Source of the DNA: the human T2T-CHM13v2.0 reference genome, Homo sapiens
NCBI RefSeq assembly: GCF_009914755.1
Contig: NC_060939.1
DNA: 64,000 nt
Direction: 5' to 3' (one strand)
In this document: positions 30,921 through 44,129 of the stretch, piece by piece
Numbering within the stretch: the first letter of the stretch is position 1
How the letters are laid out: every line of letters begins with the position of its first letter
Notes under the pieces: model-generated
Database searches by the model: none
What the model was told of the DNA's origin: nothing
Seen by the model: only the letters and a program-made list of their open reading frames with translations
Position numbers and translations under genes: made by a program

Positions 30921-33900
30921 TTACACCAGTGTTAATGCTGCTGCTTCTGTTTATTATTATTTTTGTTATTACATAGAAAACCAGAATTTTAACATCACAG
31001 TAATCAGTTGAGATTGTCCATCAGCCTGGTCCATGGTTCTCATGTACATAGCATGTCTTTATATTTGATTAAATTGTATTTGAGTACAATGCATGTTGGT
31101 TCTCCAGCCACATATAGGGGCAGAATTTGTGGTGGGAAAGTGGGATGTAGATGCTGACTCCTGGCCCAAGAAGAACAGAAAAGAATAGTGCCAAACTCTT
31201 TTAAATAGTATTTAAGCCAATACCAGTGTCAGTCATGATTCAAATAACATTTGGCTTCCAAGTGGGGCTTCCAATTGGGCCAGCAAGGGACATGGACCCA
31301 AATCCAGAGATCAGAGTGCTGGAAGACAGATAATCATCCTGCAAACTCTCTCTGTGGGGAGTAGGATCCCAGCAACTAGGCTGGAGTCAAGGATGAAAAT
31401 TCCCACCCCAGAGAGGAGGAAATATCATCAAAGTTAAGGCAGAATCATAAATCCCTGAGTCCAGGGACCAAGCAATAGAAAAATTCTAGTCCTAGAAGAG
31501 CAGGAGCTGGGCAGAAGGCAATTGTAACTTGCATAAATCTCAATCTAGGCATCACTCCAGGGGGACTCATTGGTCTGGGTACGATCAGTGAATATAGAGC
31601 AATGCTGGGAGCCCTGCAGGTGTGTATGGGCCATTTGACCCCCGGTGCCTAATGGTGATGTAAATCTGGGTGTGTAATCCTGGTGGAGAAAAGACTACGG
31701 ACGTACTCTTCAGTTAGCATCAAGATTGGCAAAGAGCAGGACCAAGATGGAGAATACGTGTGGAGGGGAATCAGTGGTCCAGCTGTGAGAAAATGGGAAG
31801 CCAGAGGCAGAGGAAACAAGACTGCCAGCACTACCAGCCCAGCTGCGCTTGTCACCCATGCCACCCCGACCCCTGGTCTCCGGTCTGACCCTAGTGAGCC
31901 TTGTGAGACCAGTGTGTTGTGGGCTTTTTTGGAAGAATGACTCCTGTGGTCTTCACTAAGAAGTACTGTGCTTACCTTCAAGACTAACCTGAGATGGTAT
32001 ATTCTTTGCTGACCTTGCCTTGCTCCTCTTCTTCTTGGGAAGAGCCCTGACAAGGACCTGGCAGTGACTAAGAAAGGACACATGTGAGGGCAAAGACGGT
32101 GACTCAAGAGCTGATGCTAAACACTCTTGAGTTTCATGGGTTATTCTAGAACCTCCCTTCCTTTTTTACCCCCAAACCCCAAAGCCACATGTTGAGAAAT
32201 ACAGGTCAGTCCTCCCCGATCTTCACATTGGCTCTGCAGTCTGTAGGTTGTCTTTATGCTACTCTTTCTACATTTCAAGCTAGAAGTTAATTTTAGCCTA
32301 CTCTTGCCTATATAAAAATATTAGAGAGAGGAGGATACAATTGGAAGAAAACACAATATAATTAGCCTTGGACCTGAATCTCTGAAACGGCCTTAGCTAG
32401 ACCTTTGTACATCAGGAGCATAGTAGGAACTCCAAAATGCTTGTTAATGAGTAACTGGATAAAAAACCTTTTTAATATTCTGAGTTTATAGTGGGCTGTC
32501 TAATGTCTAAGGGCTCTGTTGAACAAGAGAAGAATCTGTGTATTAGGGTAATAATTTACATAATGAGGCTTAAAAAATGCTTAGTACATCTTTGAGCAGA
32601 AATCACCTTTTTCTTGAATGCTGTGTTATCGTCCCCATGCTCCAACTTAAGCCTAAAGAGAGAGGCAGAGGGAGAAAGAGTCAAGGCTTCGATCTAGGAC
32701 AAAGTTAGGAAATGGAAGCCTTTGGGTAAGGTACATCTGAGGCATATAACCGTGTATTTTAAATTCCCCAAGTTGCTTAGACAGTTTGTCCACATGTGTC
32801 ATGCCAGCTTATGTAAAGCTCATGCCCCACACCACAAAGGGCAGACAATGCTGAGCACATCCACTGACTTCACAGTGACAAAAACGTGACGTTGGCCTGA
32901 GAGCTTTGTGAACTGACATATTAAAACCTGCCTATTGTCAACAACCGAAGTTGTGGAGGGGTGCGGGATGGTGGTAAGCAAACTGAGTGTGTGATGTTTA
33001 TTGCATCTACAGTTTTAGCAGCCTGTTTCTCAAAAGCAGAATGTGCTAAAAAATCCCTGTGCCTGAAGTTTCCCTCAAATAGTCAAACCTGAGGTTATGG
33101 AGAATAACTTTCAGAAAAGTTAGATAAATACTGCAATATCATCAATTTAACCTCCTAGCCTCAGAATGAGCAATGAACGTTTGGGGCTCAATAAAATGAT
33201 GACATAAAACACACACATACATATTATTTTTAATGAACTATGGCCAGTTTAGGGTGGATATTTGTCAGTCAATAGGTCAGAAATGTTACTGGCTCCTACT
33301 CCCCAAGTGAAAGAGTTGAGAGTTTTAAGAGATATAGAGTTTCTATTTGATATATAATGAATTCATGTGGGAATAAAACCAGAGTATGAGTTGGCATCTG
33401 TTAAGTCCAGAATGATTCTCTTTTGCTGATCCCCATAATTTTGGTCCTAATGGTTTCTGTTTTCTTATCACCTCCTAAAAGTATGAATTGATTGGCATGT
33501 TTCCTTACTGTCAGAGGTGAAATCTTTGAGTTAGCCAATATCATCATCCTCCATGCATGCTGCTCAGATTTTAGGAGCTACAACAGAAATGAGCTGCTCA
33601 TGATTCCCCAGTAACTCTTTTAATGTATGTGCTCTCATTTAATGTGGTTTTCCAGGGATAATAATAGTTTAGGATTATTTTTGTTTTGCAGGAGTCTAAT
33701 GATATACCCTAATGAATGACTCCAATGTCTCCCATGGAAAAACTAAATCATTGACAATGGAGATATTTGTGACTAAGAATATATAAATGTGTTAATTAGT
33801 TTAGTCAATAAATATCTAGTCATTAAAAGAGGCATAATGAAGTCTCAATGTTTTGAATCCCTAGGCACATCTGTGCAAAACCAGAATATATAAACATCAT

Positions 33901-34044
33901 CTTGAATGCTCATCAGCAAATAACAAACACCCACATATGTGAAGGCAAGGTAGAATTATACCAGTGAACAAAATGACGACAACAAAAAGTCTATTAAATT
34001 GTTTGTAGGAGATATATATATATATAGCAGGATATGTATAGGAG

Positions 34045-34059
34045 GATAGATAGATAGAT

Positions 34060-34107
<48 letters not shown>
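34045..34107. repeat. (GATA)3 GAT (GATA)12 STR
   Basis: Direct count. Confidence 0.97.
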
Positions 34108-34488
34108 TAATAGCCCAATTTCCTGATCCAGGCAATTCCAGGTGGATCCATCTCATCTTTCCCTGAGAAAAGTCCAGCTAGTAGCAGTAGTCACATTTTC
34201 GTCATCTTTTTTGCAGCAGCAGCCATTGGTCATGCTTGTTAGTCAATGACATCAGCCTTGACCAGAGCTACTGGCATGGAAATCCCCTTCCTATACAATT
34301 CACAGCCAGCAGTCACAAACTTGGAACATGATTTGAAGATGGCCATTGACCTTCCACTCTCTTGTCCACCTTACAACTTCTTGCTCCTTTCTCCAAAACT
34401 TTCAGAATAAATCAAGATGTTCCCATATGCACTAAGGCTTAGAATATCACAATACCCTGGTAGTGTTAGCAAAAAGAAACAGACCAGA

Positions 34489-34846
<358 letters not shown>

Positions 34847-35254
34847 TCATACACATCTGGATCACTTGTAGCTGAACCTGGGCAGCCAGCTTTGGATTAA
34901 AAAGGCTTACATATTCACTCTAAAATCGCTTTTTCGGTGGTGGTGTATTAATGACATATAACATCCTAGCCAGGGATCCTTTTGTTGCACAAAACAGAAC
35001 TACACTCAAAACAGGTCAGGCCAAGAAGACAATTTCATTGATGGCAACATCTTCTAGGGTCCAACTGGCAAAGGTCAAGAAATGAGGCTGCTTCCCTGTA
35101 TCTGAATGAACTCCATAGGCTTTGACTTTTTCTCTACTCGTCTCTTTGCAGACTGAGACTCTTCTGTTTCCCCAAACTTTCAGTTTGCATAAGATTTTTC
35201 TTGGCCCCAAATCTATATCACTTTCACTTCATATTTATTTCATTATATAATTCG

Positions 35255-36070
35255 GGGCTCCTCAAATTGTGTCCTCAGACCAGTCTGTGAAAAAATTTTT
35301 GCCACTCTGTGATAAGAAAAGTACAGAAATTGAGAATAAACGTTCAATCAAATAGCAATTTGATCTTGCCCCACCATCCAAGTCCATGATGAGTGGACCT
35401 GCCTTGTTGAACAGGATAAGGACCAGTGTGGGCATTGCTAATCTCAGCTGGGGAGTTGTGCGGGGCGCACAACACGTGCAGCAAGGCTATGTTACAACAT
35501 GTGATAGTTTAGGATTAATTTTTCACTGCGACCTTTAAAAAGATAAAATTCAGAATTTATTTCACTCACCACAAAAAATTTAATTTTAATTGTAAATTTA
35601 CAGGTTAAATTTTTAGAAGTGGCTACTGAATCGTATGGAAGATGAATTTTGAAAATACATTATCACTTCACTTTGGATAAAAGTTAATATCCTAGGCTGA
35701 TGTAAATTGCTTTAAAAACATCTTCCATTTCCATCAGCCTATTTCCATAATATTGGTCTCTCTATGACTGCTATGAAGATAAAACACAGAAGTAGTTTAG
35801 ATACATGTTATCCCCTGTGAGTAGTAGTATCATCCAACCTAGACTATATTAGTTAACAAACAAGAAGCAAACTCATTTTATACATTAAAAACTTTAAATA
35901 TTTATACACATGGTATTTAAATTTAAAACAGGTATGCACTGTGGATAATCAATACCAAAACCATAACTTTTCTTTAGCTGTGATTATGGAACAACTAAAA
36001 GTTACAAGTGTAACAGTGATTCTCTATAATATTTACCCATATGTATATCTCCAGTGAATAATATATGCAT
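35255..36070. mobile_element. Charlie7/MER119-like hAT fossil
   Basis: AAGTACAGAAATTGAGAATAAACG...ATAGCAATTTGA...CATCCAAG; degenerate transposase-end-like sequence at 35700-35900. Confidence 0.65.
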
Positions 36071-36083
36071 TTTTTATGAGTAC

Positions 36084-36524
36084 TGAGGTAGACATAGAGA
36101 TGTACAACATAGATTTCTCTTCAAGAAAAGACTTGGTGGCCAGTGGCAGGTAATGGGGCCCCAGACAGCTTCTAGCTGTCAGTCCCTTCATGGTCTGTCT
36201 CAGCTGCAGAGGACTGCATTGCCTCTTCCTGCAGGTGGCCCAGGAAGAGGACACCCTTCCTGGGCCATCTGCATTCTGCTCTTAAGTCAGGTGGGGTTAC
36301 AAAGTCCCACCATTTTGGCCCCATCCTGGACACTGTAATGGAAAATATTCTCTCTAGAGCTCCCCACTGGGTTGGCCAAGGTTTTATCAGATCTGTATCA
36401 TGGCTTAATGTCTTCAACCAGTACTGATTTGTCTGTCTTCTATCCATAACTGTTGATCCTGAATGAAAATCTTTTACCCTCAACTCTATATCTGTGTCTG
36501 CTTCTGGAGAATCAAACCCACACA
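36084..36524 (+). mobile_element. LTR16C-like ERVL LTR
   Basis: CAGACAGCTTCTAGCTGTCAGTCCCTTCA...CTCAGCTGCAGAG; ends GTCTGCTTCTGGAGAATCAAACC. Confidence 0.78.
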
Positions 36525-36639
36525 TTGCCATTTTAGCCTGACACACAGGGCTGGAGGTCGTACACATCTGGATCACTTGTAGCTGACACATAGGGCCATG
36601 TGAGTCCAGAGCAAGGGAACTAATTCAGAGCGGAACCAG

Positions 36640-37130
36640 GGTTGCTATGAAAAGACTCTTTAAGAGGGGATGACATTTCAGTTGAATCTGGGAAAATGAA
36701 TACAAAATTGATGCAGGGAGCAGAGCAAAGTGACCACATTCCCCCAGGTAAAGGAAACAGATTGTGTAAAGGCAAGGAGGCATGTCCCTGGCATAGCAGG
36801 CTCCTGTCACTTGGGCTCTGTTCAACTATCACCTCCTCCAGAAGACTTCTCAGACCATCTAATTTAGAGTTGGCATCCCTGCCCCTGTTAAGAAGTACAT
36901 CTGGCATGGTAGGCAGGAAGAGATCAGAAAGGGCTAGGTTGGAACTTAATCCTGAAGGCTGCAGGAAGCCTTTGGGAGACTGTAAGTGCACTTCCTTTAC
37001 CATCCAAACTGTGCCTTAGAAATGCACTTGGGGGCTGCATGAAGATGTTAATGAAATGGGGTGAGAATGGTGATTGGAGGATGGGTTTGGAGGCTTTTGT
37101 GACAATACTGATTTTTTTAAAAATTGTGAT
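36640..37130 (-). mobile_element. L2 fragment
   Basis: GATGACATTTCAGTTGAATCTG...GGAAACAGATTGTGTAAAGGC. Confidence 0.55.
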
Positions 37131-37143
37131 ATGTCGTGCAAAG

Positions 37144-37275
37144 CAGTGGTTCTCCAATACTAAGGTAACTTTGAATCACCTGGGAATTGTTAAAATACCC
37201 ATTCTGATTCAGGATGTCTGGGGTTGGACTCAAGGCTGCATTGCCAACAAGTTTCCCAATGATGATAAATGCTGG
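37144..37275. mobile_element. MER5-family MITE
   Basis: CAGTGGTTCTC...GAATCACCTGGGA...TTCTGATTCAG. Confidence 0.7.
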
Positions 37276-38937
37276 CAGTCTACAGGGATGTCAAGACCTA
37301 AGAATCAAGCCATTAATCAGCAGGTGATATGTACCAACCTAATAGGGAGAAGGATAGAGATGTTCATAATTCTGTAGGCATAGTCACACTCTCTGAAACC
37401 AAATGCCAGGAGAGATAAGCATAGTCTTTGATGCATAGATAGTTGGAGATATACCAGGCAAAGAGATGGCTAACTCATCCCAAGTGACCATAAACCTCTC
37501 CAGGTATGAGATGCAGATATGTGGTTCATTTAACTACAGCTTCATGTCACCTGCTATTGACCAGGAATTAGATCAGTTAACTACAAATGAATTGAGTCAG
37601 CTTTTGGCTTCTGCTAGAGCCCTAGATTCATCACAGTTTTAGCTGTTGTTCATTCATCTGAAATGTGGTTTTCACAGGAAAAAATTCACAGCTATCCAAA
37701 TTCTTCCCTTGGTTACTATTATGCAACATTATTATTAAAGCTAATTATCAAACTTACCTTCAATTTGCAATTTTGGATGGGTGCATCTGAGTACTTAATT
37801 CTCCTAGTAAAGTCAGCTATGAATTGCACTTTTTTATGATCACACATGAGGAAGGGTACACCAGCCTTAAGTAACACTTCCTATTTTTAGACAAGTTAGT
37901 GTTTTTCCTCTCCTCTCCTTCACCTCCCCTCACCTCACTCTGCCCCCATATCCATTAGATATTTGTCACCCAACAGAATATGGAATTCCTGGTACATGAC
38001 ATTGAACCTCAATTATTTTGAAACTGAGTTTTTTTCTTCTCTGTCTTTAAATCTGGTTGGAGAAAATTTGGAAAAGCTTCCAATTGTTAATAAATTTTAA
38101 ACTAGTGTTATTTCCTTATGCATATATATATTGCTGCCAAGTAAATGAAAATTGCCTCTCATATTAATCACCTATAAAACTGCATGATGCAGTTTATATA
38201 TTATACGTAAATATATATTAATAGTATGTATTATTTTAATATATATTAATCATCTATAAAACAGCACAATACAGCAATATATGAGCATGTGAGCACACAC
38301 GTGTATAGAATGAAATTCTTCAAATTCTTCTATGGAATTTGATTGGATTCACAAACTTCAAAAATTTTAGCTTTAAAAGTAAGATTTTAAAAACAGTGAC
38401 TTTTAGGGAAGAGATCAATATGTTTACCGAAAGTATGCAGTTATCTAGATTTTATTTTTTAATTGTCTCTTCATGAAAAATGGAAAGTGCCATCTTGCTA
38501 GTCTCAGTTCATGTATGGTGGCACACAATCTATAAAGAACAAATATCTGACAATACTGTGCAGTGCCCCTGGGACAGACAATTTCACACAGAGGGAAAGG
38601 ACAGGAAGTAGTAATTATGAGGTTGTGATTCAATTTGGAAGACTCTGAGGGTATTGTCTAAGTTTAGAATAAATGCGCCATAAAGTGTTAGTAATCTGCC
38701 CCCACTGCTGGTCGTTTCCGTTTATATCCCGAACTTGCTTTAATTAGGAATGAACCTTGTGGACTGAACAACATATAATATTCTTTAAAAAGCAAACTAT
38801 GGAAGGACCACAAAAGTTTAAGAATAAAATTGGAAATTCTATCTTGGGCCAACAGCCATTTCTGATGCAAAAATAGTAGTACACGTGGGTTAATGTGTAT
38901 GAAACTGCATTGAAAAGCATAAAAAGTTATACAAATA

Positions 38938-39063
38938 GCTGAGGCAGGAGAATGGCGTGAACCCGGGAGGGAGAGCTTTCAGTGAGTCGAGATCGTGCTG
39001 CTGTACTCCAGCCTGGGCGACAGAGCGAGACTCCATCTCAAAAAAAAAAAAAAAAAAAAAAAA
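38938..39063 (+). mobile_element. 5'-truncated AluY (distal right arm and poly-A)
   Basis: GCTGAGGCAGGAGAATGGCGTGAACCCGGGAGG...CTC followed by a long A run. Confidence 0.92.
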
Positions 39064-39389
39064 GAATTTTGTGAAAGGAAGTGAGGTCTCATAGTGGGAG
39101 AATCATAAATTTTCAGCGGGGAAAATAAAATAAATGCGTACCTCTGGCAGAGCAAACAATACAAATGTAAAAACCAAACAGAAGCCAAGTGAACCCATTC
39201 ACATACCCATGGCTGGAGTGTCTTCCTGCACACCATTTGGATGTTACAGAAAACAGGAGCTCAGATATGCTGGGGTTATTGTGAGGAAACTTTTCATTTC
39301 CATGAAATATTTCCTGAATGTCCATGAACAATGCACATAGTGCTATAGTAACACTATTGCACAGTCCCCTGGGATTTGCATACTTTGGT

Positions 39390-39655
39390 TAGTGGTGGCT
39401 TTAGCATGGAGTTAATAAAGCTAAAACTTCAAGCCCCTGCACTTGCATGGGCCCCTGTGCCTGCTGGCAGTTGTAGAGTGTTCTGGGTGCCAAGGAGAAG
39501 GCAGGTTGCACTCAGGAATCATTTCGGGGTAAGCATTTCTGGTAAGTTGCCTAAAGACATCAGGAAAGGAAAGGTGCTGAGCTTCAGGCATTTGTCATGG
39601 TTTATTTTCTCACTCTAAATAAATATGCACATCCATACCTATCTTTGTATTTGAA
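39390..39655. mobile_element. hAT-Tip100 (Zaphod/MER115-like) fragment
   Basis: TAATAAAGCTAAAACTTCAAGCCCCTGCACTTGCATGGGCCCC. Confidence 0.5.
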
Positions 39656-40258
39656 TCAAAGATGAGGCAACTAACTTGATTACTTTTCTTGGATTCACAC
39701 TTCTGTACGATGTTTAGTAAAAGCTGACCTGTCTGTTTTTCAGTGAAAACTCTTTAAGTGCCCGCTCATCTAATTTATCCATCAGTCATCAAATTGTTAT
39801 TGACAAAATATACTAGTCAATAGGCTGCCTAGAATGGTCTAGGTAGGCTGTTTTGCCCACCACACCTGGTGTCATGTACCTGGGAAGCATGTCACCTTGA
39901 CTTCACTTGGAGCTTGCGTCATATGCCACACTCTCAGTCATCAAGGCTTGCGCATTTTCCCTCCATTTCTCTTCACATATGAAACCTCTTCCTATTTGCT
40001 ATGCCCTGCTAGCAGTGTTTTGTAGATATTATTTTACAACAATCCTAAAAGATAGAGGTTAATACCACTCTTATTTTAAACAACTCACAGGAAGCCACCA
40101 GCTGGTAAATGGTTTGGTCATGATTCAAGACAGGCAATCGTCTCCAGAGCCTGAGATCTTAGCCAAGGGCTGCACTACCTCGGTGACTGTAAACTCTTAT
40201 AAACTCCTACCCATGTCTCTTGTCCCAGTGCATCTTGGTTCCAGTCCAACCATTAAAC

Positions 40259-40469
40259 CAGTGGTTCTCACCCATGAGCAATTTTGGACCCCAAGGAACA
40301 TCTGGCAATGTTGAATACATTTTTGATAGTCACAATTAGGGAGGTGCCCCTGCATCTAGTGAGTAGAGGCCAGGGATGCTGTTAAACATCCAACAATGCA
40401 CAGGGCAGCCCCTGCAACAAAGAATTATCTGGCCCTAAGTAGCAACAGTACTGCTGTTGAGAAATCCCA
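40259..40469. mobile_element. MER20 hAT MITE
   Basis: CAGTGGTTCTCA...GCATCTAGTGAGTAGAGGCCAGGGATGCTG...CAACAAAGAATTATCTGGCCC...GTTGAGAAA. Confidence 0.92.
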
Positions 40470-40659
40470 TCTTAAGCTAGTACCCAAATAATCCATCTTA
40501 AATACATCACCCCGCTTTAATAACTTCTTCCTTTCCAGATAAAATTGATAATATTTTAACTTGAATTCTATGGCTTCTGTAAGATGTTCTTCTCTATTTT
40601 TCCACTTCTTCTTTTTTTTTTTTTTTTTTTGCTACCACCATTTTGACTCCAACATATTC

Positions 40660-40820
40660 TGTAGTAGACACATGGAGCCAAGACACAGAACACCTGGGGT
40701 TTGCTCCTGGCTCTGTCATATTACACTGGCATGTCACACAGTCTCTCCAGGCCTCAGCCTCCTCACTGTGAAATGATGGAATTAAGCTGTGTGATCCCAT
40801 GGACCCCTTCCAGTAGGCCA
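40660..40820 (+). mobile_element. MIR-family fragment
   Basis: CCTGGCTCTG...GGCCTCAGCCTCCTCACTGTGAAATG. Confidence 0.55.
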
Positions 40821-41532
40821 CTTGCTCCAGCTTCTCTCAGCAGGAAGAGGTGTTCCCAGCCAAAGGCCAATCTTTTCACTCAGGACCTGACTGATAACCA
40901 GGATTGCCACTGAAGGAAGGAGGAATAGAAGCACACCAAGGGCAGAGACCAGAGCTATAGACAGGAAAGGAGGCAAGAGGTGGAGAGCCATGGGGACGGG
41001 AAGACTGAGCTAGAACAAGGTCGAAAACTCACAGGGTAGGTCACCAGCATAGAAAGAATGGGTTACAGTAAGAATAACAGGTGCTCATTCTTATCAAGTG
41101 TTAGACACAGCATGGCCTGACATGTGTCAAGACCGTAAGTAGGCTCCCTGGGTCTGCGCTGCTCCTGGAACAGCCCAAGGTGACAGGATGGGGGAGGCTG
41201 TTTTCGGGTGCATAAAGACGTGATGAGTGATGATGATCGGACATTGGTGTGATCAAAACCCACCCTGGCAGCCCCACCCAAGTCAGTCTCAGTGGGCCTC
41301 ACCAGCTGTAAACACTGCTCCCCCATTGTCTGGTTCTGTGCTGTCTTATTTTTTTCAAAGACCCCCTAAAGGAGCTGCCCTGAATGGGAGACTCCATGTT
41401 GGCTTGCAGCCATTCTCTCTGCCACAACCTTAGAGATGAAGAAATTTTCTTCTTAAGTTCCCTGCCTCTGAGCCTTCCACAGCAACACCTTTCCTTCTTC
41501 ATGGTCCTCAAGCATAGTACTCTAAACAACTG

Positions 41533-41599
41533 GTGTGTGTGTGTGTGTGTATGTGTGTATCCGTGTTTGTGTGTGTATGTGTGTGTGTGAGAGAGAGAG
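41533..41599. repeat. (GT)n/(GA)n
   Basis: Direct. Confidence 0.9.
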
Positions 41600-41603
41600 G
41601 AAA

Positions 41604-42280
41604 GAAACAATCTCAAATGCACGGAAGAATTGCAAGAACAGTACAAAGATGTTTTGTGTAAACCACTGAAGAGTAACTTCTTAACATGATGCCCTATTAC
41701 TCCTGAAGACCTCCTGTATCATTCTTACAAGGACCTTCTCCTATATAAGCCAATACAACCATCAAAACTTGGAAAGTAACATTGATAGACTACAACTATC
41801 TAATTCTCAGACCCATTAAAGTCTCACCTATTGTCACAATAATGCTGCTTAGGGCAAAATAATCCAGTCTGAAAAAACAAGTTGCATGTAGTTACTATGT
41901 ATATTTAGTGTCCTTTCATTTTAAAGAGTTTTTCAGTCTTTCATAATCTAGACATTTTAAAATTACAGATCAGTTATTTTGTAGACTGTCCCTCAATTTA
42001 GGGTTGTCTGATAACTGGTTGTGATTAGATTCCGATTACGCATCTTTGGCACAAATGCCACTGAAGCGACACTGTTCTTTTCACTGCATCCTGCAAGGTG
42101 GCACATGATTTCAATTTCTTCCATCACTGGTGATGTTAACTTTGATCAGTTGATTAAGGCGGAGTCTGCCAGTTTCTCCACTGTGAAGTTAATCTTTTTT
42201 TTTCCTTTGCATTTAAAAGTATTTTATAGGGAAGTACTTTGAGACTTGATAGATATTCTATTCCTCATCAAACTCTCAAC
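41604..42280 (-). mobile_element. L1MC4/5-like 3' end
   Basis: CAGTTATTTTGTAGA...CCCTCAATTT; TGGTGATGTTAACTTTGATCA...GTCTGCCAG. Confidence 0.8.
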
Positions 42281-42285
42281 TTATG

Positions 42286-42357
42286 AGGTGGGTGCAGTGG
42301 CTCACACCTGTGATCCTAGCACTTTGGGAGGCTGAGGCAGGAGGACAACTTGAGGCT
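42286..42357 (+). mobile_element. Alu left-arm 5' fragment (AluJ/FLAM-like)
   Basis: GCAGTGGCTCACACCTGTGATCCTAGCACTTTGGGAGGCTGAGGCAGGAGGA. Confidence 0.85.
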
Positions 42358-43439
42358 TGGTCAGCAGGAGTCAGAGCAGCAGCCCCCTCCCTAGCAGCCC
42401 CTGCCCCTTCCGCAGTGGCCTTTGGACACCTGAAAACCAAAAAAAGGGCCCCTAAAATGTTACTCATGTATTGGGAAGTCAAAGCAAGAGACCTATTGCT
42501 ACCACCGTTGTTTCTTGACATCCAAGAAGCAATTCTGGAAATTGCTGCCAAAAAACTACCACCTTTCCAACCAGTGGTAACAACCTGAAGCTGCAGACAG
42601 ATTCCATTTTTCTCACTTTCGTATTCTAAAAACCCCACCCACAAGTGCATCTCATTAGAGGAAACTAATTCATGCAGGACTCTAGCTTCAAAGGGTGCTG
42701 GTAGGTGTTCTGAGGTGCTTGTAGATATTTGTTTGATTTGTTCCTTAGAGTTTGTTTATTTGTTGATTCCCAATTTACTCAAGGAGAAAGAGTAAAATGG
42801 AGGTGAAGGGGTTGATCCCAGGACCTCCTCTCTCTCATGCCATCCCTCACCATTATGATATCCAGTGATTTACCGTGTTAGAAAATCTGTATTTTACAGG
42901 GCACTCAAAGAAATATTTGCATCGAATACACAAAATATTCAGATCTTTTCATGGATTTTCCAAGCATATACATTATTTAATTTCTTCAGCCAATGCTTAT
43001 ATTGTCTTATAAAGTGAAACAGAAATAAGACCTACAAGAAACTCCAAATCCTGGCCACAGCTAATGTGGGCCTGTGTGATTCCCTTTTCTGCTCCCAGAC
43101 CTGAAATTCTCTTAGCCACCCAGTCTCCTAATGCATCTCCCAACCAGTGCCTCTGGAAGGAAAAATGGATGTTTGTACCATCAGTTTCCTTTTTGTTTCA
43201 GTTTTCCCTCCACCCACTTTGACTCTTCCCCTTTGGCTTTCTTTTGCATTTTCAAGTTATCCCCACCCCTATACAGATATGGACAAGAAGTTTTACCCTT
43301 TATGATTCACTTTTGGCTTGAAAACATAGCCCCATTTACATTTAACACTCATGGGATTGACTTTGCCTAAGGCGGTTGTCGATGGAGTTGTCACTCACAG
43401 CTGTGCAGGGTGGCCTGGTAGTCACAGGATGCCTGGGGT

Positions 43440-43905
43440 GGGAGATGCACTCAGTGCTCCACCCTGATGCCTTCACATCCTTTGACCATTGTGTGCACAC
43501 CTGTCTTCCTGTGTGTTTGCATTCCGGGTAGGCAGCACCTGCATCTCTTTGTCAGACAGCTGCCCTCCAGCTGCTGGAACCCACTTTGCCAGCCAAGAGT
43601 GAGAGACACCAGTGCCTGGGAATGTCCACATTCTCTCCTTCAAGGCCTTAAATAGTGACTAAGGAGGAGGTATAAATACTCCAGCTCCGTAGGCCCCTGT
43701 TAAACTCTGAGATGTGGCTTACACTGCCTGTCTCCAGAGCAATCCTGCCAGGCTAAGCCACGGTTCCCATCCATTCTGCTTCACTTGATACTACACACTT
43801 GCTTCGTTTCTTTCCTCTCCCACTCCCACTTTTCCACTCTCCTCCTAACTTTTCACTTTCAAATGTATCCTCTGGGGCTGATTCTGGGAAACCCAGTCTA
43901 AGACT
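43440..43905 (+). mobile_element. LTR33-family ERVL LTR
   Basis: GTATAAATACTCCAGCTCC...AACTCTGAG; ends TTCTGGGAAACCCAGTCTAAGAC. Confidence 0.65.
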
Positions 43906-44129
43906 CGTGGAGAGATTGAATCTATTCTCTTAGTTCCCTTCAAAACAGGACATTTTGTAGCACAAATCCATGTGTTAATGCTTCTACTTCTATCAGTACA
44001 GGCTTATCTGTAATAGTAACTATTTAATAGTTATCATTTCTGGTTGGAAGACCCCTTTATCATAATTGAAATGAGTGTCAACATTTGTAAAACAATATGA
44101 GGGTCTAATAAGTTTCTAAATTTGCACAT

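Noticed and set aside
31080-32180. 152-aa ORF (31649-32107) and possible ancient LTR-like sequence
   Set aside because: No recognisable domain or splice structure, and I could not assign a repeat family with confidence.
33675-33815. Acceptor TTTTGTTTTGCAG plus downstream AATAAA as a terminal exon
   Set aside because: Both signals are common by chance in AT-rich DNA, and there is no supporting upstream exon.
38697-38714. CTCF-like motif CCAGCAGTGGGGGCA on the - strand
   Set aside because: The core spacing deviates from CCASYAGRKGGC; too weak alone.
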